Below are positions 20,779 through 31,187 of a DNA stretch of 64,000 bases, piece by piece. Within the stretch, counting starts at the first letter, position 1. The number at the start of each line of letters is the position of its first letter. Under the pieces are notes generated by a model. The model was not told the origin of the DNA. It did no database searches and saw nothing but the letters and a program-made list of their open reading frames with translations. Both the position numbers and the translations under genes were made by a program. Origin of the DNA: Promethearchaeota archaeon. GTDB lineage: Archaea; Asgardarchaeota; Lokiarchaeia; Sigyniarchaeales; SOKP01. The DNA lies in the NCBI GenBank assembly GCA_020343655.1, contig CP070805.1, positions 1,955,145-2,019,144 on the forward strand, in the 5' to 3' direction.

Positions 20779-21876
20779 TTGAAGCACAGATATCGGAATT
20801 TAATTATCACCGTATTTATATTATTTATAACAATAGGTACAATTCCGTATGCGTTAGGAAAAACACGAGAATCATATTTAACAAGTTTTATTATAAATAA
20901 TGAAATTGCGAGTAGAGGCTTTTCCAATGGGATTGATGAGGATAATCCTGTTTCTCTTGAAGCAACTGTTTATGCTTTGGGTATAATAAAATCTTTTGGA
21001 ATAAGTCCGCAAGAAATTGAGGCACTTCAAACTAATTTAGAGAATATAATACAAGTTATGTTTGACAATAAAACAGTAGATATATACAATTTATACTTTT
21101 TATTGGAATCACTAAATATTTTAGAATTTTCAATTGGTCTTAATTTAATAAATAATATTTATAGTTTTCTGAATGGTACTGAACAGATTGGTGGGGGATT
21201 TTCTTTCTCAAATACTTCCACATCTATAAGTTTAACTTCCACATATTATGTCATTCAACTTTATAGATTGATTAATAAAACTATTGAAAATAAGACACTT
21301 CATAAGAATTGGGTCTTAAATTGTAATAATAGTGACGGAGGATACGGAGGAAATCAAACCTTGTCAAGTACTTTAGTGAATACTTATTTTGCAGCTTTAA
21401 TTTTAGATGAGATGGGAGATATTAATGCCCTTGCCGATGTTAATATGACACTGACATACCTTAATTCTTTCTATGTTGATAATCCATCAGATCTTAATAA
21501 TTTTGGTGGATATTTTTCTGATGAAATTACTACACATGCACAATTAAGTAGTACATATTTTTGTTTAAAAGCAATTTCTTTAATAAATCCTGATCTATTA
21601 TACAGTGATCCTACAGTAAGATGGATATTAGACCGTCAAAACTTTCAGGATGGAGGATTTGCAGATGATACTGAAGGATACGATCAAAAATCATCTTCAG
21701 TTATATCCACTTATTATGCTTTTGAAACCTTAAAAATATTAGATCCTTCTTTATCCACATTATCCATGGAAATTTGGATAGTAGAATTTAATTACTGGAT
21801 CTTAATCATTTTATTAGGTTCTATTGGTTTAATTTTAGGAATTGTAGTTTATATATACCGTAAAAGAAGGATATAA
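20779..21876 (+). CDS. Membrane-anchored prenyltransferase/squalene-oxidase repeat (alpha-alpha toroid) protein
   Basis: Signal peptide; repeats EQIGGGF..STYY, CNNSDGGY..NTYFA, RQNFQDGGF..STYYA; C-terminal TM plus RKRR. Confidence 0.82.
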   Translation: MKHRYRNLIITVFILFITIGTIPYALGKTRESYLTSFIINNEIASRGFSNGIDEDNPVSLEATVYALGIIKSFGISPQEIEALQTNLENIIQVMFDNKTVDIYNLYFLLESLNILEFSIGLNLINNIYSFLNGTEQIGGGFSFSNTSTSISLTSTYYVIQLYRLINKTIENKTLHKNWVLNCNNSDGGYGGNQTLSSTLVNTYFAALILDEMGDINALADVNMTLTYLNSFYVDNPSDLNNFGGYFSDEITTHAQLSSTYFCLKAISLINPDLLYSDPTVRWILDRQNFQDGGFADDTEGYDQKSSSVISTYYAFETLKILDPSLSTLSMEIWIVEFNYWILIILLGSIGLILGIVVYIYRKRRI

Positions 21877-21969
21877 AGTATTTTCTAAATTACTTATATT
21901 AATACAGTAATATTTTTAATTTTTCAATTACCTCTAAATTTTTTATATACATCTATTAATCTAAAAGTT

Positions 21970-22839
21970 ATGAATGATAAAATATTAGATGGGAAAAAAT
22001 TAGCAGACAAATTAAATACAGAATTGAAAGAAAAAATTAAAAGAGCAGTAGAAAAAACGGGGATCAAACCAAATTTGGCTACAATATTAGTTGGAAAGGA
22101 TCCTGCTTCAAAAGTATATGTAAATATAAAAAATAAAACATGTGAACAAGTAGGAATAGATTCTACAATCATAGAATTAGATGAGGATTTCACAAAAAAA
22201 AAAATTTTAGACGAGATTGATAAACTAAATAGAGAACCTACAATTCATGGAATTTTGTTGCAATTACCTTTACCAGAGCATTTAAGAGATGATACCGCAA
22301 AGATTTTAGAAAATATATCACCAATAAAAGACGCAGATGGATTAAATCCAGTTAATAAAGGAAGACTTTTTGATTATAATGAAGAATTAGCTCCTTGTAC
22401 CCCCAAAGGAATAATTGCCCTTTTAGAACATTATAATATTGAACTTAAGGGTAAAGATGCTGTAATAGTAAATCGATCAAATCTAGTTGGTAAACCACTT
22501 ATCTTTATGTTATTAAAGAGGAATTCTACTGTATCGGTATGCCATACTTCGACGAGAGATATTGATAGATATCTTAAAAATGCAGATATATTAATAGTTG
22601 CTGTAAGAAAACCAAAATTTATAACAAAAGAGAGAATTAAGGAAGGTGTAATAATCATCGATGTCGGTATAAACAGATTTGAGGGTAAATTATGTGGTGA
22701 TGTCGATTTTGATGATGTCTTCGATAAATGTGCTGCAATCACCCCTTCTCCAGGGGGAGTGGGTCCACTCACGGTTCATTTTCTACTCTCTAATACGTTT
22801 TTTACATATAAGAAACAATTGAATTTAACTGAATTTTAA
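21970..22839 (+). CDS. folD: Methylene-THF dehydrogenase/cyclohydrolase
   Basis: ILDGK, GILLQLPLP, KDADG, PCTP, RSNLVGKP, DVGIN, GDVDF, PGGVGP. Confidence 0.96.
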   Translation: MNDKILDGKKLADKLNTELKEKIKRAVEKTGIKPNLATILVGKDPASKVYVNIKNKTCEQVGIDSTIIELDEDFTKKKILDEIDKLNREPTIHGILLQLPLPEHLRDDTAKILENISPIKDADGLNPVNKGRLFDYNEELAPCTPKGIIALLEHYNIELKGKDAVIVNRSNLVGKPLIFMLLKRNSTVSVCHTSTRDIDRYLKNADILIVAVRKPKFITKERIKEGVIIIDVGINRFEGKLCGDVDFDDVFDKCAAITPSPGGVGPLTVHFLLSNTFFTYKKQLNLTEF

Positions 22840-23024
22840 TGATTTTACTTTTTTTTAAATGAAAAATAACTCTAGTAATAATAGTTTTTATCTTGAAAAA
22901 CAATAAAAATAATATTAATTAAAACTTAAAAAAAAATAGATAAAGAATTATTTATTATTGACTATAAAACAATTAAACGAATTATTACAATCTATTAAAG
23001 TCAGAATAAAGTTCCTTTTGAAAA

Positions 23025-23480
23025 ATGGCCATTCTTGAAGTAGGGATCAATTTAGGTATGCATAATCTTGTTGAGATTAGATATTATTCATCTTCGGATA
23101 ACATTTTAGATCCAAATTTGCGTGCTGGTTTCCTAACAGCCTTAGAATCGTTTACCTCCGAGGTTTTTGGCGATGACATCAATGTTATCTCCCTTGCCAG
23201 TTTTAAATTAGTTTGCTGCTGCGAAATGATTACACTACCAAATGATGATGAAACTAATAAGCAACCTCTATTGTCATATGCCATTATTGAAAAAGGTACA
23301 GATGCAACAGTAGTAAAAGAACAATTAAATCAAATTATATCTTCTTTCCTCAATCGCTACCCTCTAAATGATATATTTTCAAAAAAGCCTAAGTATTTCA
23401 AAAATTTTGAGAGTCGAATTAATGAAATATTGGGAGATCTACGACTGAAGACAGAGGATCGGTTTCGCTCATTATTTTAA
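23025..23480 (+). CDS. Small longin/roadblock-like protein
   Basis: 151 aa; LRAGFLTALESFTSEVFG helix and terminal FKNFESRINEIL, pattern typical of longin-like folds. Confidence 0.55.
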   Translation: MAILEVGINLGMHNLVEIRYYSSSDNILDPNLRAGFLTALESFTSEVFGDDINVISLASFKLVCCCEMITLPNDDETNKQPLLSYAIIEKGTDATVVKEQLNQIISSFLNRYPLNDIFSKKPKYFKNFESRINEILGDLRLKTEDRFRSLF

Positions 23481-23501
23481 ATTAATTCATAAGGTTATTA
23501 T

Positions 23502-24698
23502 TTGAGCTCCAATTTACCACCCCAAGCAAAAGCTAAATATCAAGAATATCTTGATGCTGGTTCTTTAGAAGAAAGAATTAAGAAATTAGAGGAATTTTTA
23601 TCATTAGTTCCCAAACATAAGGCTACTGAAAGAATAGTTGCGCTTAATAAATCCCGTTTAGCAAAAATGAAGCGTGAATTGGAGGATCGAAAACAAAAAC
23701 AAAAAATTACACAAAAAGGGCTTATCAGTCCATTTTCAATAAAAAAGGAAGGAATTCAAGTAATATTTATTAGTGTTTATCATACACCTGGAGTTGGTAA
23801 AACTTCTCTCTTGAAATATTTATCAGGAGCAGCAGAAGAGAAAATAGGAAGATTTACATCCATTCCAGAAATTGGGATTTATAAATACAACAAAATCAGA
23901 TTTCAAATTGTTGATATGCCTTCAATTATGGAAGGAGCTTCTGACGGAGTTGGAAATGGAAAAGAAATACTTTCACAACTTAGAGCAGCCGATTTATTAT
24001 GTTTTTGTATTGATTTATCAAGAAATATTAAAGAACAAATGGATTTGTTAATATATGAATTATCTAAAGCTGATATTCGAATTAATTTACCTCCACCTCC
24101 CCTTATAATTGAAAAAACGGGAGCAAATAAAATACAGGTCTTATATTTAACTAAAGAAGCAAAAAATACTAATGAGATCGAAGAATTGACAGAAAGGATA
24201 AAAGAGGTTGTATATGAAAATGGAATACGTAATGGCATTGTTAAAATCTATGGTGAAATTACTATTGATAATGTTATTGACGCTTTAACTCCTTCTGTGG
24301 TATATAAAAAAGTAATAGTATTAGGAACTAAAGGTGATCTTCCACAAACACAGGAGTCTTTTAATTTCCTAAAACAGAATTATCGTGATAAATTTCCTTT
24401 AATTTTAGGAACAAGTGTCGTGAAAAATAATTTTCCAAAGGATTTTGGCGAAATAATTTTGAAATTTTTAAAAAAAATTAGAATATATACTATGAGTAGT
24501 GGAAGAGTTGCCGAAAAGCCATTAGTTATGGATGAGAATCCTTCTATTAAAGATGTAGCACTAAAAGTTCATCGAAGTTTTTTTGATTCTTTTGATCATG
24601 CAATTGTTATAAGGGAAGGAGAACGTCAGAAGCGAAAAAAAGTCGGCTTAGATTATATATTAAAAGATAAGGATATAATAGAAATACACACTACTTAA
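23502..24698 (+). CDS. OBG/DRG-family GTPase with TGS domain
   Basis: PKHKATE, GVGKTS, DMPSIMEGA..G.G.G, TKGD, IRIYT, C-terminal KVGLDYILKDKDIIEI. Confidence 0.9.
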   Translation: MSSNLPPQAKAKYQEYLDAGSLEERIKKLEEFLSLVPKHKATERIVALNKSRLAKMKRELEDRKQKQKITQKGLISPFSIKKEGIQVIFISVYHTPGVGKTSLLKYLSGAAEEKIGRFTSIPEIGIYKYNKIRFQIVDMPSIMEGASDGVGNGKEILSQLRAADLLCFCIDLSRNIKEQMDLLIYELSKADIRINLPPPPLIIEKTGANKIQVLYLTKEAKNTNEIEELTERIKEVVYENGIRNGIVKIYGEITIDNVIDALTPSVVYKKVIVLGTKGDLPQTQESFNFLKQNYRDKFPLILGTSVVKNNFPKDFGEIILKFLKKIRIYTMSSGRVAEKPLVMDENPSIKDVALKVHRSFFDSFDHAIVIREGERQKRKKVGLDYILKDKDIIEIHTT

Positions 24699-27361
24699 TA
24701 TTTGATTCTATCTATTAATTCTGGTATTTCTTTAATTTCTTTTTTATAATTCTCATCTAAGTTGGTTATACCTTCTGCAATATTTTTAATACTTTCCAAA
24801 CTATAGATTAAATTTTCTAAATAATCAATTAAATCTCCTTTAAAAATTATTATTTTGTATTCTTCTGCCAAATAATTGGAAATCTCTTTAATTTTCATAT
24901 TTTCTTTAATACGCAAATTAAGTATTAGCTTTTCTAGATTCACTCGTCCACATTCACAATATGGATTATCTTTGCAGTTACAATTAAATATTTTATTAGT
25001 TAATTTCATAATAAAGTCTATAAAATCGCGTGAGAATGCTTTTCTCTTGCGAACGTACTCAGCGTTCATTAAAGATAACACACTTGCGCTGAATAAGTTA
25101 TTTGAAAAATATTTCATATTAATATTTTTTGATAAATCAGCCACAATTTTTTTGGATAAATATACATTTCTTAGATATTTCAAATCTAAAGTTATATCTA
25201 TTGGATTTTCTAACTTATTCTGTAATTTCTCAATTATTTCAATGCTCTCATTTACACTTAAAAATGAACTCGCAACTGCCTTTCCTAAACGGGTTGCTTT
25301 AATAGTTAAGTTTTCTTTTATCCTTATTAATTTAAGATTATTTAAACTTTTCAAAATTTCTTCTAAATCAAAATCATTGTTAATTAAAATGTTATAGAAA
25401 TCGAACACAATTTCTTTTGGAATCCACTGATTAAACATAGAAATAAATGCAAGAATTTCTGTTTTTGATTTATTTTCGTCAGGGATGAGTTCATAATCTT
25501 TAATCTTTCCATTTAAGAGTTTTATTGCTATATTTTCTTCAGTATTTTTCATTTTAGGAGAATATATTTTTCCCGGTTCAACAAGTATGTAAACCAATCC
25601 CTTTTCATGCTTTTTCAATCTCCCTGCTCTTCCGAGCATTTGTTCAAATTCTGCAACAGATAACCAATTTATTCCCATAGCTAAAGACTCAAAAATAACT
25701 TGACGTGCTGGAAGGTCAACCCCTGCTGCTAATGCTGCTGTCGCTACTACTCCCGCTATTCTCTGAGATTGAAAATCTTCCTCAATAATTTTCCTTTCTT
25801 CATTTGTTAATCCCGAGTGATAAGCTGATACATTAATTCCATTTTTTTGTAAATAGTATGTAATCGATTCGCACTTTTTTCGAGTATTTGAAAATACAAT
25901 TGATTGGCCTTTAAAGCCATAAACAGACTTTTTATAAAAGGCAGCCTTTACTAATTTTGAAATAAATTTTTGTTTTTGAGCTTCATTTAGGCATAATAAT
26001 AAATGACGTTCAACTGGAACTGGGCGATTATTATATTTTATTAATTGACAATTCAATTTTTCAGCTAAATGCTCTGGTTCCCCTAGAGTTGCGCTTAAAT
26101 ATAGAAATTGAGAACTATATTGTGTTTTCAACCTAGCTATTAACCCATCTAATATAAATCCGCGTTCTGGATCGATTAATGTTTGAATCTCATCAATAAT
26201 TATTGTACCAAAATTTCCTAAAAGATCTTTATTCCCGCTTCTTAAAATGTAGTCGATTGCTTCATAAGTGGCAATTATAACATTGGCATTGGTTAAATCC
26301 TCTAAAGTGTTTTCTTCTTTTTTTCCAAATAAAGATTCTCCCACTTTTTTAATGATTTTTAAATTTGTGGATTTATATTTTTCTTTGAATTCTTCCGTTC
26401 TTATATTTGCTAAAGCCACAATAGGAACCAAATATAGCATTTTAGCGCTTTTATCATTTAATACTCTTGAGATTCCGGCTAATTCCCCTACTAAAGTCTT
26501 CCCTCCAGAAGTTGGAGCCATGATTAATTGATTGCTTCGTTCTGTTAATAAACCTTTTTCAACTGATATTGCTTGGATTGGTAATAAAACTGATAAATTT
26601 AATCCTTGTAATACCCTTTTAAATACAGAAGGAAGTTCCAAATTTTCTATTTTTTTATTGAGGTATTTTTTACTAATTGTAGGTTTTTGTTCAATATCAT
26701 AAAGGGTTATTTCCTTTTTGTTTACTGGATCAAAATCTGCTTTAAAAGCACTTAATACCTTTTTTACATCTCGAAATTTGAGTATCATATGCATAAAAAA
26801 ATTCTTTAATTTTGGACTGATTTTCTCCTGAGAAATTAATCCAGTAAGCTTAATTCTATTTAATATAATATTATAAGCGCATTCAGAACAAACTATTTGA
26901 TCTTTATATGATTTAATTTGAAGATTTTCACTTATTAGAGTGAATTTATGTTTATCCATACAAGAATTACATAAAGTTAAAGTAATTATCTTGTCTTTAT
27001 CAAATTGAAAATTATTTAACATTTCTTTTACTGGTGAAACATCCTGAGAAGGCGTTTGGCTTGAAAAAGCAATAAATTTATTTTTATCTGAAAGTATGAA
27101 TTTCCTTAGTAAATGAGGATTAATTGGCTTGGAACGTCCATCTTTCTCAATTTTATTGAAATTTAGAGGACGCATTTTATTTTTGAAATCTAACCCAAAT
27201 ATTGCCGTTCCTCGAAAAAATGGTTCACTTACATAAGAAAAAGTAAATCTCTTTTTCTTAAATGATTTAAGATAAAAGAAATTTATATTAAAAAGTAATT
27301 CCTTTTGATGTTCTCGATTTCTATCCAAAACAATGAAAAAATTTCTTGAAGGAATACTCAA
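24695..27361 (-). CDS. Archaeal Ski2-like DEAD/DEAH helicase (ASH-Ski2 type)
   Basis: APTSGGKT, DEIQ, SAT, YHSGL, TAALAAGVDLPA, QMLGRAGR; Cys clusters CNSC/CSEC and CNC..PYCECG. Confidence 0.9.
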   Translation of the reverse strand: MSIPSRNFFIVLDRNREHQKELLFNINFFYLKSFKKKRFTFSYVSEPFFRGTAIFGLDFKNKMRPLNFNKIEKDGRSKPINPHLLRKFILSDKNKFIAFSSQTPSQDVSPVKEMLNNFQFDKDKIITLTLCNSCMDKHKFTLISENLQIKSYKDQIVCSECAYNIILNRIKLTGLISQEKISPKLKNFFMHMILKFRDVKKVLSAFKADFDPVNKKEITLYDIEQKPTISKKYLNKKIENLELPSVFKRVLQGLNLSVLLPIQAISVEKGLLTERSNQLIMAPTSGGKTLVGELAGISRVLNDKSAKMLYLVPIVALANIRTEEFKEKYKSTNLKIIKKVGESLFGKKEENTLEDLTNANVIIATYEAIDYILRSGNKDLLGNFGTIIIDEIQTLIDPERGFILDGLIARLKTQYSSQFLYLSATLGEPEHLAEKLNCQLIKYNNRPVPVERHLLLCLNEAQKQKFISKLVKAAFYKKSVYGFKGQSIVFSNTRKKCESITYYLQKNGINVSAYHSGLTNEERKIIEEDFQSQRIAGVVATAALAAGVDLPARQVIFESLAMGINWLSVAEFEQMLGRAGRLKKHEKGLVYILVEPGKIYSPKMKNTEENIAIKLLNGKIKDYELIPDENKSKTEILAFISMFNQWIPKEIVFDFYNILINNDFDLEEILKSLNNLKLIRIKENLTIKATRLGKAVASSFLSVNESIEIIEKLQNKLENPIDITLDLKYLRNVYLSKKIVADLSKNINMKYFSNNLFSASVLSLMNAEYVRKRKAFSRDFIDFIMKLTNKIFNCNCKDNPYCECGRVNLEKLILNLRIKENMKIKEISNYLAEEYKIIIFKGDLIDYLENLIYSLESIKNIAEGITNLDENYKKEIKEIPELIDRIKY

Positions 27362-27493
27362 TTAAGGAACCATTTAAAAGTCAAGATAATAATAAATTAA
27401 AATGAAAATTACCAATTCAATTTTACTAATTAGGTGAATTAAAACTAATAGAATACGTACTAAAAACTAAGATAATAAAAAAGAAATTAAAAA

Positions 27494-27655
27494 TTAAAAG
27501 CCAAAAACTTGTTTAATTTTATCATAAACCTCCTTAATTTGTCTAAGCTTTGTTTCATCGCCCTGATTTAGAAAATGTTCCAACCATTGCGAAAGACCTT
27601 GATTTCTAATCCATTCAAGGAAGTATTCCACTGATTTTTTCTCTTCTGCAGACAT
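27494..27655 (-). CDS. 53-aa hypothetical protein, SAM-domain-like N-terminal half
   Basis: ATG 27655 to TAA 27494: MSAEEKKSVEYFLEWIRNQGLSQWLEHFLNQGDETKLRQIKEVYDKIKQVFGF; below the ORF-track cutoff. Confidence 0.65.
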   Translation of the reverse strand: MSAEEKKSVEYFLEWIRNQGLSQWLEHFLNQGDETKLRQIKEVYDKIKQVFGF

Positions 27656-27794
27656 TTTTTTCTACTTTTTTGGTGATTTATTTTCATTTTTTATTTTCTT
27701 CTATAAAAAATATATATAATTCTATTTTATATTTTTTTATAATTCCAAATCAATTAAATAAAATTAACGAAAAATTTAATTAAAATAAAAAAAT

Positions 27795-28760
27795 GTGAGG
27801 AAAATGTCGGTAAGAATTAAAACGCCGAATCTTGACGAAATATTTGAAAAATGGAAGCAAAAAGCAGCAAGATCGGATCGAAAAAAGATGGAAAAACAAT
27901 TTGGAACAAAAGGAGCAGTTTTTTCTTTGGATGTCATAAGTGCTGCAGAATATGTTAAAGATACAATGAAAGAGGCAGCTATATATTTCGCTATTAAGAA
28001 ATCTCTTGGTCCAGCACCAACGGGGAAAGATGAAAATTTAGTCACAGCACCACGAGTTGGGAGAGAACAATTTTATTCCTTTAAAGGAGGGGGGAAGATA
28101 GATAAAGAGCAATGGAAAGGCGATGAAAAAGTTCCTCAATTTGAGTCAATTCAAGCTGTTGCTTGTAAAAATTGTAGAGGTAAAGGATATTTAGAAAATA
28201 AATGTAAGACTTGTAAAGGAACTGGAAAAATTGAAGAAACTTTCACGGTTTTGGTGGGCGAAGAACAGAAAAAAGAGAAGAAACCCTTTTCTTACCCTTG
28301 TGGAGCATGTTATGGGACTGGAAACAGAACAGAACCATGCAAAGAATGTGGTGGTCATAAAAATATGTATAAATATGATATTCTTCCAGTTCCTTTTAAA
28401 ACAGTAGTAACTGGTATTCCTGTTCTACATAGTAGTGCTCAAACTAAATATGAAAAGGAAATTGGAGAAGACCTTCATAATATGATTGAAGATGTAGAAG
28501 GAATTAGATTTAGCGATTTTAAAGAATTGGAGTCTAAGGCAGAGGCTTCATTGGGATATATGAATAAGAATATTAGTAAGACCATAGGAGCTGCAAGAAG
28601 CGATTATAAAAAATATGAAAAAGACAAAGATTCTCAAATAACCACACAAATTTACTTGTTTCCCATGATTCAAATGTTCTGTGAGACGAAACGAGGAAGT
28701 AAATTTGAATTATATAGTTTAGGCTCCGGAAACAAATTTATGACTTATTCAAACTTTTAA
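27795..28760 (+). CDS. DnaJ-type CxxCxGxG zinc-finger protein without J domain (SSUH2-like)
   Basis: CKNCRGKG, CKTCKGTG, CGACYGTG, CKECGG; no HPD motif. Start may be ATG at 27804. Confidence 0.8.
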   Translation: MRKMSVRIKTPNLDEIFEKWKQKAARSDRKKMEKQFGTKGAVFSLDVISAAEYVKDTMKEAAIYFAIKKSLGPAPTGKDENLVTAPRVGREQFYSFKGGGKIDKEQWKGDEKVPQFESIQAVACKNCRGKGYLENKCKTCKGTGKIEETFTVLVGEEQKKEKKPFSYPCGACYGTGNRTEPCKECGGHKNMYKYDILPVPFKTVVTGIPVLHSSAQTKYEKEIGEDLHNMIEDVEGIRFSDFKELESKAEASLGYMNKNISKTIGAARSDYKKYEKDKDSQITTQIYLFPMIQMFCETKRGSKFELYSLGSGNKFMTYSNF

Positions 28761-28917
28761 ATCTTTTTTTTTCCTATAAAGAAACCTTCTTATTTTTCAT
28801 TAAATAATTATCCCACTCCTACTTAAGCTCCAAATCTGAACATTTAAATATAAGAAGAGATAAACATAAGTTGAAACTTATTATAAGTCCAAACTTATAC
28901 ATTCGAAGTGAGAAAAT

Positions 28918-29553
28918 GTGAAAGAGGAAAGTGAATTAGTGAAAGAAAAAAAAGCTTTTAAATCTAAAAGTCTAATAGGATATTTCTTACCTAGCAATGT
29001 ATTATCCATTTCAATTATAGGTATATTTGCGGCATTGGTTTGTGTATTAACAATTATAATAAGAATACCAGTTCCCGTAACTACAGGATATATAAATATA
29101 GGTGATTTTGGCGTAATGTTATCTGGTTTATATTTTGGTCCAATTATAGGAGGGCTTGCTGGAGGGATTGGATCTTCCATAGCAGATATTATTGGATTTC
29201 CACAATTTGCTATTCCAACCTTAATAATTAAAGGTTTAGAAGGATTTATTGTTGGACTAATTAGCAATCCAAAAAAGAAAGTATTAAAAATTGATTATAG
29301 AGATGTTATTGCTGTAATTATTGGTGGATTCATAATGGTTACTGGTTATTTTCTAGTTGAGTTACCAATATATGGGCTAGGAGATGCTTTGTTTGAATTA
29401 CCTGGAAACTTATTTCAATTTGGGTTTGGAGTCATCGGGTCATTAATATTAATAGCTGCCACTCGTAAGATTCTAACAGTTAATTTACCTCAAGTTTTTG
29501 ATAAAATCTTTATTTCTATTGATAATGAAGAGCTAGTTTCTGAACATACTTAA
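28918..29553 (+). CDS. ECF transporter S component
   Basis: AALVCVLT..IRIP...GYINIGD, GGIGSSIAD, TLIIKGLEG. Confidence 0.88.
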   Translation: MKEESELVKEKKAFKSKSLIGYFLPSNVLSISIIGIFAALVCVLTIIIRIPVPVTTGYINIGDFGVMLSGLYFGPIIGGLAGGIGSSIADIIGFPQFAIPTLIIKGLEGFIVGLISNPKKKVLKIDYRDVIAVIIGGFIMVTGYFLVELPIYGLGDALFELPGNLFQFGFGVIGSLILIAATRKILTVNLPQVFDKIFISIDNEELVSEHT

Positions 29554-30986
29554 AGTAATGTAATTAGAACGTCTAAAGCATCCAAGACTTTATTACCACT
29601 ATCTGTTATAAAATATAAAACATTTTTTCCTTCTTTTTTTCTAGATATCAAGCCTTTTGTTTCTAACTCTTTTAGATGTTGATAAATAGCGGCTAGACTT
29701 ATGCTCCCCATAGTTTCCTTGATTTTTGTCCCAGATATTCCTTGAATACTTGAAATTGAAATCTGAGATAATATTTTTAGTTTTGTGATAATTATAGAAC
29801 CCTTTCCTGTAGTTTTAGTTTGTGATGAGATTGCTTCTAAAACATAAGGTGCTTTTAATCCACTCCCAGTAATAAGACATACTATTTTATCTTTAGGTTC
29901 AAACATTTGTTTTTGATCTAATAATTGTACAGCTGATAAAGTTAAAGCCGAAGCGGGTTCTGCAAATATTCCTTCACTTCTTACTAATTCCTCAATTGAA
30001 CTTAATATTAATTTTTCAGGAATAGCGATGACCGTTCCTTCACTTTCTTTTATGCATTTTATTGCTAAATCTTTAAATAGAGGTTTTTTTACTAAAATTC
30101 CTAAAGCTATTGGTTTAACATTTTGTGTTGGTTTTATTTTATGCTCAGATTCCTTAAGAAATTCATTTACAATTGGGGATGAAGATTGAGATTGAACACC
30201 TATTAATTTTGGAACATCGTTAATAATATTAATTTCTTTAAGCTCATTAAAACCTTTCCAAAGACTAACTAATAATTCTCCACTCCCCATAGGGATTATA
30301 ACCCATTTAGGTTTCTCAGTTTGATTAATAATCTCATATGCTATTATTTTTTGAGCCTCTAGCGTTAATGGATTCAATTCCGAGGTACATTGATAATAAT
30401 TTTCAAAATCATTTTGATTTAAAATATAATCTATTGCATCATCAACAGTTTCTCCAACTATTTTTATTTCAGAATTATAGGCGATCATTTGAGCTTTTTT
30501 ACCTATATCAATTTCCTTTGGAATTATATTTAAACATTCAATTCCTTCAAGAGAACAATAAGCCGCAATTGAAGCACCTTGATTACCATTCGAGGCACAG
30601 ATTATTTTATCAAATTCCCAACTACGTGCATGAGAAATTAACAATGCTGCAGTGCGATCTTTAAAAGAATTTGTTGGATTTTGAGTTTCATCTTTAAAAT
30701 ATAGATTTTTTATTCCTAATTTTTCTCCAAATTGTTTTGAACTTCTACAGGGGGTTCCGCCCTCTCCTAATGAAATAATAAAATCCTCTTCTATCTCAGG
30801 AAATGCAAATTTGTAATCCCAAAATTTGTTATTAATTTTAATCTGAGAGAATTTCTGTTTGATTTTTTCTAAATCGAGTTCAAACCACAATAAACTTTCA
30901 CATTCAGGACACCTATATTGAATAGATGTAAATTCAAACTTTTTTTGGCATTCAATACAAGTTAGGATTAGTGGTTTTTTAATAAT
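29550..30986 (-). CDS. thrC: Threonine synthase-like PLP enzyme with N-terminal Zn ribbon and C-terminal winged helix; probable ATT start
   Basis: SLGEGGTP, NPTNSFKDR, ASNGN, PMGSG, EGIFAEPASA, TGSGLK. Frame is open upstream of the tracked TTG (30890) to ATT ATT (30986/30983), adding CIEC..CPEC, behind GAGGT. Confidence 0.8.
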   Translation of the reverse strand: MIKKPLILTCIECQKKFEFTSIQYRCPECESLLWFELDLEKIKQKFSQIKINNKFWDYKFAFPEIEEDFIISLGEGGTPCRSSKQFGEKLGIKNLYFKDETQNPTNSFKDRTAALLISHARSWEFDKIICASNGNQGASIAAYCSLEGIECLNIIPKEIDIGKKAQMIAYNSEIKIVGETVDDAIDYILNQNDFENYYQCTSELNPLTLEAQKIIAYEIINQTEKPKWVIIPMGSGELLVSLWKGFNELKEINIINDVPKLIGVQSQSSSPIVNEFLKESEHKIKPTQNVKPIALGILVKKPLFKDLAIKCIKESEGTVIAIPEKLILSSIEELVRSEGIFAEPASALTLSAVQLLDQKQMFEPKDKIVCLITGSGLKAPYVLEAISSQTKTTGKGSIIITKLKILSQISISSIQGISGTKIKETMGSISLAAIYQHLKELETKGLISRKKEGKNVLYFITDSGNKVLDALDVLITLL

Positions 30987-31187
30987 GAAATTACCTCATT
31001 GATAGACAATAATTTTGATTTAATTATTAATTGGTTTTTCTCATTATTAAGTTCTCTTAACAACCTTTTTCCTTATGAGACAGAAGATAACAGAATTGAT
31101 TATATAGAAATTTACGATCAATCGTAAATTTTATATTTATAATAAAACTAAATAAAACAATTTAAAATCTTGTCAAGGTGATAAAAA

